IMG/VR virus record: IMGVR_UViG_3300012667_000244
Coordinates: 34,326-98,325 of that record
Strand: one strand, 5' to 3'
DNA from: a virus
Lineage: Duplodnaviria > Caudoviricetes
DNA length: 64,000 bases
The translations under genes were made by a program, and so were the position numbers. The notes beneath the pieces were generated by a model. The model ran no database searches and was not told where the DNA came from. It saw nothing but the letters and a program-made list of their open reading frames with translations. Of the stretch, positions 1 through 19,391 are shown piece by piece. The number at the start of each line of letters is the position of its first letter. Position 1 is the stretch's first letter.

Positions 1-1
1 C

Positions 2-534
2 AATATTTGATACTATATCTGTAGTTTCTGTTGTGCCCTCGCCATTAACACTATCAGTGCTAGTATGGCCGATGACTGAATCAGCAATCTTAAGATCATC
101 TGGGAATGTTAAACTACCATCAGTTCCAAATGACCAAGTGCTTACTGGCCCGGTAGAATTAGCTCTAATGTTAACATCCCCGTCAAATGATGATAATGTT
201 AATGGAACTGGACTCTCGTCTATATTAGGGTTGGTTCCAATCTCGGCACCTTGTACGCTGATACTATCACCAAACGCCGCAGGAAAGTCCACCCATGCTC
301 TATCACCGTCGACATTAAGAACAAGTTCTTTGTTTCCGTTAACTAGTCTATCAGTTGCATCAGTTGCAGTATGTGCATACAGCTCAATAAAGTTGGCTTC
401 GGCGCGATCAATGGATTTAATTAATTTGCCAAAGGCATTTCTTAATTTATCTCCATTGTTCGCATTATCGGCAGTGCCGTTGTTAACGACTAAGTCGTTA
501 GTGGTTGTTTCAGTTTTTAAACTTAGTCTAGTCA

Positions 535-535
<1 letters not shown>
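2..535 (-). CDS. Virion/baseplate-associated fibre protein, N-terminal part (runs off window)
   Basis: ATG at 535 overlaps the TAA of the upstream gene (TAATG). Reads MTRLSLKTETTTNDLVVNNGTADNANNGDKLRNAFGKL...ANFIELY, a T4 gp9/gp10-like N-terminal motif. Frame is open to the window edge; not in the ORF track. Confidence 0.7.
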
Positions 536-10761
<10,226 letters not shown>

Positions 10762-10796
10762 TTAAACTCCGAAGCTGAATTGTTAGTTCGATATGA

Positions 10797-10833
10797 TATT
10801 TATCAAACGCATTTTGTAATCTTAATGTAAATA
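10797..10833. promoter_or_regulatory. Divergent late-type TAAATA boxes (minus 10797-10802, plus 10828-10833)
   Basis: TAAATA core of the T4-type late promoter TATAAATA, on each strand between divergent genes. Confidence 0.6.
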
Positions 10834-10834
10834 C

Positions 10835-11125
10835 ATGATGTTCATAAAAACTGAATATGTTATTACAGAACACATTAGACCTAGTAAATTAGGACAAGAC
10901 CACACTTATCGACGAAAGAAAACTGTGTTGGTATTCAGGTGTGACTCTTGTGGAGAGACATTTACTCGTGATAAAGGATCTATGAGTCCGGAACGGGTAA
11001 GTAATAACTTCTACCATGTATGCAGTAATTGCAATGCTAAGAAGTTTGCTCAAGAGAAGGGAGTAGAGCGTAGAAAGATTTGGGATATGCCGGTAAGCAG
11101 CCTAAAGAACATCGGCCATTTATAA
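10835..11125 (+). CDS. Small zinc-ribbon-like hypothetical protein
   Basis: CDSC...CSNC pairs; 96 aa; TAAATA immediately upstream. Confidence 0.65.
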   Translation: MMFIKTEYVITEHIRPSKLGQDHTYRRKKTVLVFRCDSCGETFTRDKGSMSPERVSNNFYHVCSNCNAKKFAQEKGVERRKIWDMPVSSLKNIGHL

Positions 11126-11162
11126 TATGGTCATAAATAAAAACCTAAGGGAGGAACATAAA

Positions 11163-11426
11163 ATGTTCGGATTTATTAAAAAATTATTTGGTGCTACACC
11201 AGTTGAAAAGAAAGCGGAAGAGTGCCCAGTAATGTCAGCACCGTATAAAGTAGAGGCAGCACCTGCACCGGAACCAACTCCGGCAGTAGAGGCAGCACCT
11301 GCTAAGAAGGCACCTGCTAAGAAGGCACCTGCTAAGACAGCGCCAGCAAAAAAGCCAGCCGCAAAAAAGCCAGGTATCGCTAAACCTAAAGCTCCAAGAA
11401 AGCCAAAGGCTAAGCCAGCGAAATAA
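11163..11426 (+). CDS. Histone H1-like Lys/Ala/Pro-rich basic protein (87 aa)
   Basis: GGAGG RBS before ATG 11163; PAKKA repeats; TAAATA at 11134. Confidence 0.75.
   Translation: MFGFIKKLFGATPVEKKAEECPVMSAPYKVEAAPAPEPTPAVEAAPAKKAPAKKAPAKTAPAKKPAAKKPGIAKPKAPRKPKAKPAK
11295..11338 (+). repeat. 15-bp tandem repeat GCACCTGCTAAGAAG x~3 (APAKK)
   Basis: Directly visible in the sequence. Confidence 0.9.
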
Positions 11427-11468
11427 CCTCTCAATGCGAACCGGCATAGCTGGTGCAAATTGATATAA

Positions 11469-11494
11469 GAAAAGCACCCTCGGGTGCTTTTTCT
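11469..11494. terminator. Bidirectional intrinsic terminator
   Basis: AAAAGCACC-CTCG-GGTGCTTTT hairpin with A/T tracts on both sides, between convergent genes. Confidence 0.8.
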
Positions 11495-12505
11495 TTACTT
11501 GTACTCTTTCTTTAGTTCCTGCGATGCTAGGTTTTTGCCTTTGCTTTCGCACATAATATCAAACTTATCCCAGAAGCTAAGAGCCCACTGGTTAACAGCC
11601 TTGTTCCAGTAAAAGTCAGAATGTGCTCGCATTTTCTGCTTTTTGTAACCACTCATAAGCAACGCTGAGTGATCGGGCAGAGTTTTTGTACAATGTCCGA
11701 CGAGGACGTCTTCTCTTGAAACTGAGTAGTGTAGAGTAGGGCGAACGCCGCGCCAACTATCAATAACCTGTTTAACACTATCGCTATCAGCATCAATGTA
11801 CTCTCCTTCTCGGATCCAATTATGATGTATATCGAGCACAATAGGTACAATATCAGATATAGTGAGACAATCATTTAACCCCCATGAGTTTTCTTCGTTT
11901 TCGATTGTAATGCAGTTACGAGCTTCTTGTGAAAGGCGCTTGTAAGCCTTGCGGATACCTTCAGGGCCTTGTTTACCTGAGATATGTACATTAATTTTAA
12001 AGTCTTGAAATGTTTTACCATAGCCCATCATACGAGCCATGTCTGCATGATACTCGAATTCTTCTATGCTACGGTCAACAATACCAGGGTTTTCGCTAGC
12101 AAGAACAGTGAACTGGCCAGGGTGCATACTAAGCCTAACATTAGAACTGCTTGCACAATCGCCAACCCTAGCGAATTCCTTTTCCATATAAGCACGGACA
12201 TCTGGTAAGCGCCAAAAGTAAGCATAGTCAGACTGAGTGTAAACAGGAAGTATATCACTGCTAAGCCGAACCATTCGGGATTGTTCATCTAATTTACCTA
12301 CTCTTTCTACAAGTTTGCGTGTAGACTCGATGTTACCTTTCATCAAGTCCCACAGTTTTTCTTCAGCTACTTGTTCGCTTTGTCGGCGAAGCCAAGCGAC
12401 AGTTGTGCTTCCAGTGTTGTATTGTTTAGCATCATCTTTTTTATCAATGCCATTTACTTGGTCAGGACGATCAATCCATTTACAAGCAAATCCAATCTTT
12501 TTCAT
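11495..12505 (-). CDS. uvsE: UV damage endonuclease (UvsE/UVDE family)
   Basis: IGFAC, RLSSD, RLSMHPGQF, ENEE, LDIHH, HYS and RAHSD motifs of the UVDE family. Confidence 0.92.
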   Translation of the reverse strand: MKKIGFACKWIDRPDQVNGIDKKDDAKQYNTGSTTVAWLRRQSEQVAEEKLWDLMKGNIESTRKLVERVGKLDEQSRMVRLSSDILPVYTQSDYAYFWRLPDVRAYMEKEFARVGDCASSSNVRLSMHPGQFTVLASENPGIVDRSIEEFEYHADMARMMGYGKTFQDFKINVHISGKQGPEGIRKAYKRLSQEARNCITIENEENSWGLNDCLTISDIVPIVLDIHHNWIREGEYIDADSDSVKQVIDSWRGVRPTLHYSVSREDVLVGHCTKTLPDHSALLMSGYKKQKMRAHSDFYWNKAVNQWALSFWDKFDIMCESKGKNLASQELKKEYK

Positions 12506-13332
12506 ATTTTAGCTTTCGGGTATTTTTTTCTAAACGAGTTAAACAAATCTGTGATAATTCTAATCTTGTTACCTACGCTGTCCGTTTTGGGAAAGCGACT
12601 GTGATTAGAGTACACATACGCATCTTCAATTTCTAAGTCTACCGGAGTAGCTGTATCAATTATAAGCTCAACTCCACCCTTTGTCAACAGACTTCGGCTG
12701 ATCGGAACATATTGGACTAACGGAGTTCCAGCTTTAACCAAAGTATCACCTTCTAGCACATGCCACAATAATTGGACGCTAACTGAGTGCATGTATCGAG
12801 GATCAACTATACCAATTGCCGCAGTAAATCGGGCTTCGTTATTGTAAGAAACTGGAATTTGTAATAATACAATATCGTCACTTGCTTTGATTCTCCAAGG
12901 AGTCTCAACTTTAACAGCGGCATGTAGACATGCTCGATCTGTACTTGGAATTTCTCGTGGGATAATTGGCTCAGTTTGAGCTGGGCTGTGCCAGCTAACA
13001 TAATAATCAGTGCCGCTGAATGTGTATTTTCCCGAGTGGCGTTTAAATAAGAACGGAGTTTCCCAGCTCAGATTTTCTATATGCGGCCCCGTCTTAATAA
13101 TAAAGTCAGCAGGTGCTCTAAGAACATATCCGGTGGCATTTATCTGCTTAATTGCAGGGCAATTGAGAACTGTTTGATTACCTTGTTCGGGACGGTTGCG
13201 CTCTAGATTTCCTAGATTATTCCAGTCTCGCTCAGTTAACTTACTTTCAATTACTGGGTATATCGTTGAAACATTTTGATCTAGTGAATAAAATCTAACC
13301 CATGGTTTTTCTTTCTTAAACCAATTAAACAT
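12502..13332 (-). CDS. Hypothetical protein, possibly dUTPase-like beta fold
   Basis: TVLNCPAI...GYVLRAPAD, PWRIK, KAGTPLVQYVPI; coupled to uvsE. Fold call is tentative. Confidence 0.55.
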   Translation of the reverse strand: MFNWFKKEKPWVRFYSLDQNVSTIYPVIESKLTERDWNNLGNLERNRPEQGNQTVLNCPAIKQINATGYVLRAPADFIIKTGPHIENLSWETPFLFKRHSGKYTFSGTDYYVSWHSPAQTEPIIPREIPSTDRACLHAAVKVETPWRIKASDDIVLLQIPVSYNNEARFTAAIGIVDPRYMHSVSVQLLWHVLEGDTLVKAGTPLVQYVPISRSLLTKGGVELIIDTATPVDLEIEDAYVYSNHSRFPKTDSVGNKIRIITDLFNSFRKKYPKAKI

Positions 13333-13471
13333 TATTATCCTTTGGTATCACAATGCCATACTGTTTGTACAGCCAGTCAATGAATTGCTCAGTTTGTAAA
13401 TTGGGCCCTACTTGACGGCTATACTCTTTGTAGGCAATGGTCACTCTTTCTAACCATTGCTTGTCGTTCAT
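13325..13471 (-). CDS. Small hypothetical protein (48 aa)
   Basis: MNDKQWLERV...PKDNNV fills the gap, with an ATGA overlap to the queD stop. Read manually. Confidence 0.6.
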   Translation of the reverse strand: MNDKQWLERVTIAYKEYSRQVGPNLQTEQFIDWLYKQYGIVIPKDNNV

Positions 13472-14046
13472 GCTTCGTAGCTACCTGAATTTGCACCGTG
13501 TTCAAATACTTCTACACTACGAAGTTTAACACCTTGCCCAACTGGGTAACGGTTTTCGAATGTTTTAGTGTTGCCTTGTGCGTCAACATAACTCCAGCTT
13601 TCGCCTCGTTGATAAGTTTCGAGAATATCAACCATTGTGTTGAAAGCATATTCGCTAAACTTTTCGCAACCAACTGCTGGAACAATACGCAAGTCACATA
13701 CTGCTCTGCGTTCGTGCGGTTTTACTTTATTAATTGCACCAGTTCCGCTAGTTAATGGGTCACCTAGGTTAGCCATTTGTTGGAAGAACGCTAGTTGTGG
13801 ATCATCTTCTGCAATTACCAAAGTGTGATCAAACATGTGCTCGCTCCACTCTTTAAACGCTTTGAGACCACCGAAGTCCATAACCCAGTTACGGCTATCC
13901 AATGTTTCAGCTTCAAAAATTAGTTTGATGCCAATTGAGTAGCCGTGTAGTGTTGAGCAGTGGCTATGTGTTGAGCGCCACTGTCTAAAACAGCAAGATA
14001 GACCTCTGTCGTTGCCGTATGTTTTTGTTGATAGATATTTTGCCAT
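13468..14046 (-). CDS. queD: 6-carboxy-tetrahydropterin synthase / PTPS family (QueD-like)
   Basis: HCSTLHGYS, WVMDFGGLK, FDH, CEKF and VEVFEH motifs; AAGGA RBS. Confidence 0.85.
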   Translation of the reverse strand: MAKYLSTKTYGNDRGLSCCFRQWRSTHSHCSTLHGYSIGIKLIFEAETLDSRNWVMDFGGLKAFKEWSEHMFDHTLVIAEDDPQLAFFQQMANLGDPLTSGTGAINKVKPHERRAVCDLRIVPAVGCEKFSEYAFNTMVDILETYQRGESWSYVDAQGNTKTFENRYPVGQGVKLRSVEVFEHGANSGSYEA

Positions 14047-14077
14047 TGTTTAGTTTCCTTGTTAACAATGACATGCA

Positions 14078-14113
14078 GAGTTTATATTGCGGGATGAATG
14101 CCTAAGACCGCAT
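14078..14113 (-). ncRNA. Candidate preQ1-I-like riboswitch aptamer in the queD leader
   Basis: Minus strand UGCGG-UCUUAGGCAUUCAUC-CCGCA-AUAUAAACUC: 5-bp P1, loop ending CAUC(CC), A-rich tail. Begins at the predicted TSS. Confidence 0.55.
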
Positions 14114-14119
14114 AATATA

Positions 14120-14147
14120 ATTATACAGGATTATTTCTTATTGTCAA
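14120..14147 (-). promoter_or_regulatory. Sigma70-type promoter for queD
   Basis: TTGACA-N16-TATAAT. Confidence 0.8.
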
Positions 14148-14490
14148 GTTCCTGAGCGCCCAATTGGCGAACTTCCTTACGGATCTCTTTAATGTCTGTT
14201 AGCAATTCTGAGATAATGCTAAACTCGATTTTTTGATGATTAATAAGACGAAGCATAACACGCATAGTCCAATACCACCAGTTAACTGAAATGATTAAGA
14301 TTAGAGATACAACTACCCACCATATAGTCTTAGAATGAAAATGATCGAGCCATTCCCATCCAAAAATCAAGACAAGAACTGACACTACTACAATTGAACT
14401 AGCGTATAACCAAGTCCTACGCTGCTCATTTATTTGATCTAGATCACGATTGTTTTGATCGATTAGTCGTTGTGTTTTTCTGCTTACCAT
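14131..14490 (-). CDS. Two-TM membrane protein with coiled-coil tail (holin-like possible)
   Basis: Two hydrophobic segments; exact TATAAATA at 14509-14516. Confidence 0.55.
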   Translation of the reverse strand: MVSRKTQRLIDQNNRDLDQINEQRRTWLYASSIVVVSVLVLIFGWEWLDHFHSKTIWWVVVSLILIISVNWWYWTMRVMLRLINHQKIEFSIISELLTDIKEIRKEVRQLGAQELDNKK

Positions 14491-14546
14491 ATTATTTTCT
14501 CTATACAGTATTTATACGCCCTCTAGCGTACTGGAAAACACTTAGT

Positions 14547-14566
14547 TAATTACAGGCCTGTAATTA
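14547..14566. repeat. Perfect 20-bp palindrome TAATTACAGGCCTGTAATTA
   Basis: Directly visible; overlaps the stop codon of the 502-aa gene. Confidence 0.85.
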
Positions 14567-16072
14567 TTGACGACCAATAGCACCGAACGGTAACCACTCT
14601 CCTGGGGTACCTTCAATGATACATACCCATCCGATGTAGCTACTGTCTTGCGGATTTGAATTCCAGCAAATGTCGCCCTTCTTAAAAGTGCCAGTAGTAG
14701 GGATAGCAGTACCAGTTAAGAAACGCTTGTCTGCAAAGCTAATATCACCGCTTACTGCTAATCCTAATGTAGGGTCTGGATTACTAATACCAACGCTCAA
14801 TGGTCCGTAGACTTTAACTGGTCTACGAGTATTTGACTTGTTACCGATGGTGATTTCGTTAGTGTCGCCGTAGAATACATCAGCTTCACCTACAGTTAGT
14901 GCAATGCCTTTATCAGAATCAATACCAGATGGTTTGATGATAGTTTGTTGTGTACCGTCTGTTACGATTGCAGATTTTAAATGTAGATTACTTGCTACTG
15001 CATTGATGTCACCAAAGAAAGTACTTGGGCCTTGTACAGTTAATGCTTCTAATTCACCTAGGGTAGTTAGCTTAGAAAAACTAACACTGTCGCCTAAAGT
15101 TCTTTCAGATAGCACTACACGATTATTAACGCTGTATGACTTGCCTGCGGCTAAGTCAACATCTTCAGAACTCCAAAAACGATCCCCGCCCGCTCTTAGA
15201 ATAAACTGTTTAGCTGAGCCTTCGCCCATCCATATTAAACCTTTGCCGTATACTGTGTTATCTCTAGTCTGTTTAAATTCTAAACTGCTAGAACGCTCAA
15301 CACGGGTATCAGAAACTAGGTTGTCTGCATAGATTGTGCCGTTAACACGCAAGACACCAGTCTTGGCATTAACATCACCAATTATAACCTCGCCGTTATT
15401 TTTAACAACAATACGAGCAGTATTATCAGTAATAATGTTGACATCATGATTTGTATAAGTTCCGATGTCTGCAACACCGATATTTGAACTTCCTAAAATA
15501 ATTTCAATTTCACTTTCAACAATGCTTAGTGTAGCATTAGGTTGATCAGTACCGAGACCTAAACGATTAAAGCCGCCTCTAAAAAAGGCAAACTCACCTA
15601 AGTCGACATCGCCTAGTACATTTAGTTTTTTAAGTGTACCTAGTTCTTTAAGATTACTCTTAGTAATAGTTGGGCCTAGTTCGTTAGCCGACAGCACTGC
15701 AACATTATCGATTTTATAAGCACGGTCTTTAGTTAAGTCAAAACTACCGTTAGTCCACAATGTTCCGCCGTTTCTGTAACTAAGCTGAGTAACAGTATTT
15801 GCACTAGCCCACTGGAACCCTTTTCCCTGTAGTTCGTCTTCTACATCACTAAACCATTGGCCAACTTCGCCTGCACTGCCTGCTTCTGTAATTAAGTTCT
15901 TAACAGTTAAAGTATCTACAGTAATCGAGCCTTTAACGCTTAGATTGTTCTGTACGCTAGCCGATCCTACAATATCAAAGGAACCAGCGTGGATTACGCT
16001 TCCCTCTAAATACTTTAGAGCTAGCTTGTTGATAACGACTTTGTCGTCTTGAATATTGAATAGTTGTGCCAT
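14564..16072 (-). CDS. Virion fibre-like structural protein with an internal duplication
   Basis: Two copies of GKG-x-x-W...W...DL...Y...VLS...LG...S.L..LG.L..L.V.G; C-term G....GDICWNSNP....IGWVC; TAAATA at 16091. Confidence 0.7.
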   Translation of the reverse strand: MAQLFNIQDDKVVINKLALKYLEGSVIHAGSFDIVGSASVQNNLSVKGSITVDTLTVKNLITEAGSAGEVGQWFSDVEDELQGKGFQWASANTVTQLSYRNGGTLWTNGSFDLTKDRAYKIDNVAVLSANELGPTITKSNLKELGTLKKLNVLGDVDLGEFAFFRGGFNRLGLGTDQPNATLSIVESEIEIILGSSNIGVADIGTYTNHDVNIITDNTARIVVKNNGEVIIGDVNAKTGVLRVNGTIYADNLVSDTRVERSSSLEFKQTRDNTVYGKGLIWMGEGSAKQFILRAGGDRFWSSEDVDLAAGKSYSVNNRVVLSERTLGDSVSFSKLTTLGELEALTVQGPSTFFGDINAVASNLHLKSAIVTDGTQQTIIKPSGIDSDKGIALTVGEADVFYGDTNEITIGNKSNTRRPVKVYGPLSVGISNPDPTLGLAVSGDISFADKRFLTGTAIPTTGTFKKGDICWNSNPQDSSYIGWVCIIEGTPGEWLPFGAIGRQ

Positions 16073-16160
16073 AGTTGGGTCTCTTTCAAGTATTTATCTT
16101 AGTTTAGGGTAGTAATGTGTATGCTTAAAATACGATAAATATTCGAAAGAGAGTATATTT

Positions 16161-18122
16161 ATGGCCCTAAATCCAGCAATCGCAGACGCTTACCGAAAAG
16201 TTGTAGTCACCGGAACCGGCACCCCCGGAACAGCAATATCTAAGGAAGTCGCTGGCGAATTAAACTTAGATGCCGGTTTTGGCATCAGCTTAGTTACAGA
16301 TGAAGTAAACAACAAGGTTACTATTGTTAACACAGGTAACGGCACAGGTGCGTTAACTACTATTACTGAAAACAACAATAGCGGTACTTACTACCCTATT
16401 TTTACTCGTAGCCCTCCGGGAACTCAAACATTTAGTGCAGGTGCTAGTGACTTTGTATCAGGCGATATACTTGCCGCCGTTGCTGAAGTGCGTATTACTG
16501 GAACTACAAATGATCCGTTTGGGGTGTCTGCACCACTCAGAGCCGCACTCGTTGGCATAATTGAAACTGAGACATTCAGCCTTATTAGAGTGTCTAACAG
16601 CGCCGTAGTTAACTTCACAGCAACCGGCCCAGCTACTTACAGTACTGTTAACGGTTACTGGACTATTCCAGTTACAGCCGCACCCGGTGTAACTGACACA
16701 TTTGTATCGATTACGATTGCGTCAGGTGCAGGCGAATTGAATCCGATCACTGGCACATACCAGATGGATACAATGTATCTAGATCAGACTACAACACCGT
16801 TAACATATAATCCTAGTTTAGGCCTAATGACCGTTAATCAGTTAAGTGTTGTAGATTCGTTTGCAACTACTGGACATTTAACTGTTGAGGGCGTTACTTC
16901 AACTGGTGCAACTGGTACTGGTAGATTTGTATTTGACAACAGTCCAACTTTAATAACTCCTACACTTGGTGTAGCAACCGCAACAAGTATTAATAAGGTA
17001 GCATTTACTGCTCCAGCAACAGGTTCAACTCTTGCAATTGAAGAAGGCAAAACACTTACTGTTAAAAAAACAATTACCCTAGACGGCACTGATAGCACAA
17101 CTATCACCTTACCAGCAACAACTGGTACAGTAGCTTTAGACAATCAACAATTTTATATTGGAACTACACAAGTTGCAATCAACAGAGCAAGTGCAAGTCT
17201 TGCACTAACTGGTATTAGTATTGACGGAAACGCTGGCACTGCTACTAACGGTGTTGTCACAACCGGAAGTTATAGTGATCCTACTTGGTTGACTATTAGT
17301 CAAAGTTTTGTAGGACTAGGAAATGTTACAAACGAAAGCAAAGCTACGATGTTCAGTAATCCAACATTTACTGGAACAGTAGCTGGTGTAACATCCACAA
17401 TGGTTGGATTAGGTAATGTGGAGAATACTGCATTGTCTACTAGTACTCATTATATCGGTACAACAAGTATTCAATACAATAGAGCAAGTGCTAGTCAAAC
17501 ATTAACAGGAGTTAGTATCGACGGTAACGCTGGAACCGCCACTAACGGAGTTGTTACTACAGGTAGCTACAGTGATCCGACTTGGTTGACAATTTCATCA
17601 TCAAAGGTTGGATTAGGTAATGTGGAGAATACTGCGCTATCAACAAGTACACATTACATCGGCACTACTTCTATTACTTACAATAGAGCAAGTGCTAGCC
17701 AGACATTAACTGGTGTAAGTATTGACGGAAACGCCGGTACAGTAACTGATGGGTTCTACACTTCGAGTAGTTTCAATTTGGGTACCACGAGTGTTGCAGT
17801 TAACCGAGCAAGTGCATCACAGAGTTTAACAGGTGTCAGCATCGACGGTAGTGCTGGATCAGTACCTGCATCGGGTATTACAGGAACAACATTAGCAAGC
17901 GGTGTCACTGGCAGTAGTTTAACTAGCGTTGGAACATTGACTAGTTTAAGTGTAACTAATAATATTTCTACAGTGTCTGGATTGTTTAGCGCACCCCTTG
18001 CAACTAAAACCTCAAGCGGTGCAGGTACCGCTGGCCAAATTGCATGGGATGCTAACTACATCTATATCTGTACTGCTACCAACACTTGGAAGCGAGTGGC
18101 ATTAACAGCAGGCGCATTTTAA
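16161..18122 (+). CDS. Tail-fibre-like virion protein with tandem repeats
   Basis: Thr/Gly/Ser-rich; C-term GQIAWDANYIYICTATNTWKRVAL; TAAATA at 16136. Confidence 0.75.
   Translation: MALNPAIADAYRKVVVTGTGTPGTAISKEVAGELNLDAGFGISLVTDEVNNKVTIVNTGNGTGALTTITENNNSGTYYPIFTRSPPGTQTFSAGASDFVSGDILAAVAEVRITGTTNDPFGVSAPLRAALVGIIETETFSLIRVSNSAVVNFTATGPATYSTVNGYWTIPVTAAPGVTDTFVSITIASGAGELNPITGTYQMDTMYLDQTTTPLTYNPSLGLMTVNQLSVVDSFATTGHLTVEGVTSTGATGTGRFVFDNSPTLITPTLGVATATSINKVAFTAPATGSTLAIEEGKTLTVKKTITLDGTDSTTITLPATTGTVALDNQQFYIGTTQVAINRASASLALTGISIDGNAGTATNGVVTTGSYSDPTWLTISQSFVGLGNVTNESKATMFSNPTFTGTVAGVTSTMVGLGNVENTALSTSTHYIGTTSIQYNRASASQTLTGVSIDGNAGTATNGVVTTGSYSDPTWLTISSSKVGLGNVENTALSTSTHYIGTTSITYNRASASQTLTGVSIDGNAGTVTDGFYTSSSFNLGTTSVAVNRASASQSLTGVSIDGSAGSVPASGITGTTLASGVTGSSLTSVGTLTSLSVTNNISTVSGLFSAPLATKTSSGAGTAGQIAWDANYIYICTATNTWKRVALTAGAF
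17150..17860 (+). repeat. Four copies of (Y)IGTT...NRASAS.xLTGxSIDGxAG, with a recent 204-bp-period duplication
   Basis: GTTGGATTAGGTAATGTGGAGAATACTGC is identical at about 17403 and 17607. Confidence 0.85.
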
Positions 18123-19330
18123 CCTACTTTAAGGATAATGGTTTCTTCGTTGAAGCGACCATTCATCATAGTGTCAGTAGCATTGATGTCGTCTAGGAAT
18201 TTACGCAACTGCACCTTACCAGCCGCCTTAAATTCTTTCAACTTTTCTTCTGGCTTACGCAAAGTCTTGCATACACTTTGAGTTTCATTAAAGCCAGTAA
18301 GTGAAGTACCCTTTACACCCAACTCTTTGTACTCTTCGGCAACATAACGACCTAGCTTACGAGTCTTAGTGTTGTATACCCACAACTCTTTAGCACCAAT
18401 AATGTCAGCTGGGTTGAGCGACACAAGTTTCAACGCTTCGTCAGTCTTCTTGTACTTCAACTTAGCAACCAACTTTTCAGCAGGTACTGACTTCTTAGCA
18501 CGAGGCTTGCGGTTAACTTTAGCTTCTTGTCCGAGCATGTCACACGCACTCATAATCTCTTGATAGAACGCAATCAAAGTCTTAATTTGCTTTTTAGTAC
18601 GATGACTATAACCTTCTACCAACTGTTGATCTTTAGTACCGCTGGCAAGCTCGTTCAACTCTGCAAAGTCTTTGCTATAGAATTCCTTAATGATGCGGCA
18701 ATGTGCTGCCTTTGCTTCAACTGCTTTGAGCAAGTTAAGCATCTTAAATTCTTTAGGGTTAAAGTTTTCTGGATCGACTTGGAAACTTTCAATAGCATTT
18801 TCAATTTCTTCAGTCATACGCATTGCTGACTCACGCACACGCTCTTGAATTGAAGGAGTATATACATCTGCTTTTGCAGATTCTTTTTCGGCTGCAAGCA
18901 CATCTGGGTCAATGTCATGCTTGCCTTCTGCAATAACTTTAACAATTTCTGCTCGCAACCAAGCGGCAGTATCGCGACCTTGATTAAAATCAGCACGGAG
19001 TGGCGTCATACCGCGATTCAAACAAGCGGCAACAGCACCCATTGTAGTACCAACTCGACTGTCTTTAACTTTCTTGAATGCTGTGATATCTGCTTTAGTA
19101 CAGCCAGCGGATTCCATCCAACGAACTACTACAGGCTTGTAAGACTTAATGTCTGATTCCAAGCGGTAGTAATTCATTGCTGATCGGAAGTGTTTATGGA
19201 ACTTGTCGCCATCCCATGTCTCGCAACCTTCCCAAGTCGGGCTATGGTCTTTAGCTACTTTAGTGCGGTGAGCAATTACTTGCTTTTTAGTAATGCGAGA
19301 CTTTGCTGGTGCTTTTGCTTTAGTTGCCAA
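18119..19330 (-). CDS. Hypothetical basic protein (403 aa, TTG start)
   Basis: GGAG RBS and own sigma70 promoter; no motif recognised. Confidence 0.75.
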   Translation of the reverse strand: MATKAKAPAKSRITKKQVIAHRTKVAKDHSPTWEGCETWDGDKFHKHFRSAMNYYRLESDIKSYKPVVVRWMESAGCTKADITAFKKVKDSRVGTTMGAVAACLNRGMTPLRADFNQGRDTAAWLRAEIVKVIAEGKHDIDPDVLAAEKESAKADVYTPSIQERVRESAMRMTEEIENAIESFQVDPENFNPKEFKMLNLLKAVEAKAAHCRIIKEFYSKDFAELNELASGTKDQQLVEGYSHRTKKQIKTLIAFYQEIMSACDMLGQEAKVNRKPRAKKSVPAEKLVAKLKYKKTDEALKLVSLNPADIIGAKELWVYNTKTRKLGRYVAEEYKELGVKGTSLTGFNETQSVCKTLRKPEEKLKEFKAAGKVQLRKFLDDINATDTMMNGRFNEETIILKVG

Positions 19331-19362
19331 TTTATCACTCCTGTGTATTAAACAATATGTAT

Positions 19363-19391
19363 ATTATACAATCAATCTTACTTATTGTCAA
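19363..19391 (-). promoter_or_regulatory. Sigma70-type promoter
   Basis: TTGACA-N17-TATAAT. Confidence 0.85.

Noticed and set aside
11120-11552. Minus-strand ORFs with FLAGA or Cys/Arg repeats, as possible RiPP precursors
   Set aside because: They are the reverse complement of the PAKK repeat gene, which has the RBS and promoter.
11295-17860. CRISPR array or DGR template/variable repeats
   Set aside because: Repeats are in-frame coding repeats without unique spacers or adenine-specific mismatches; no cas or reverse transcriptase gene is present.
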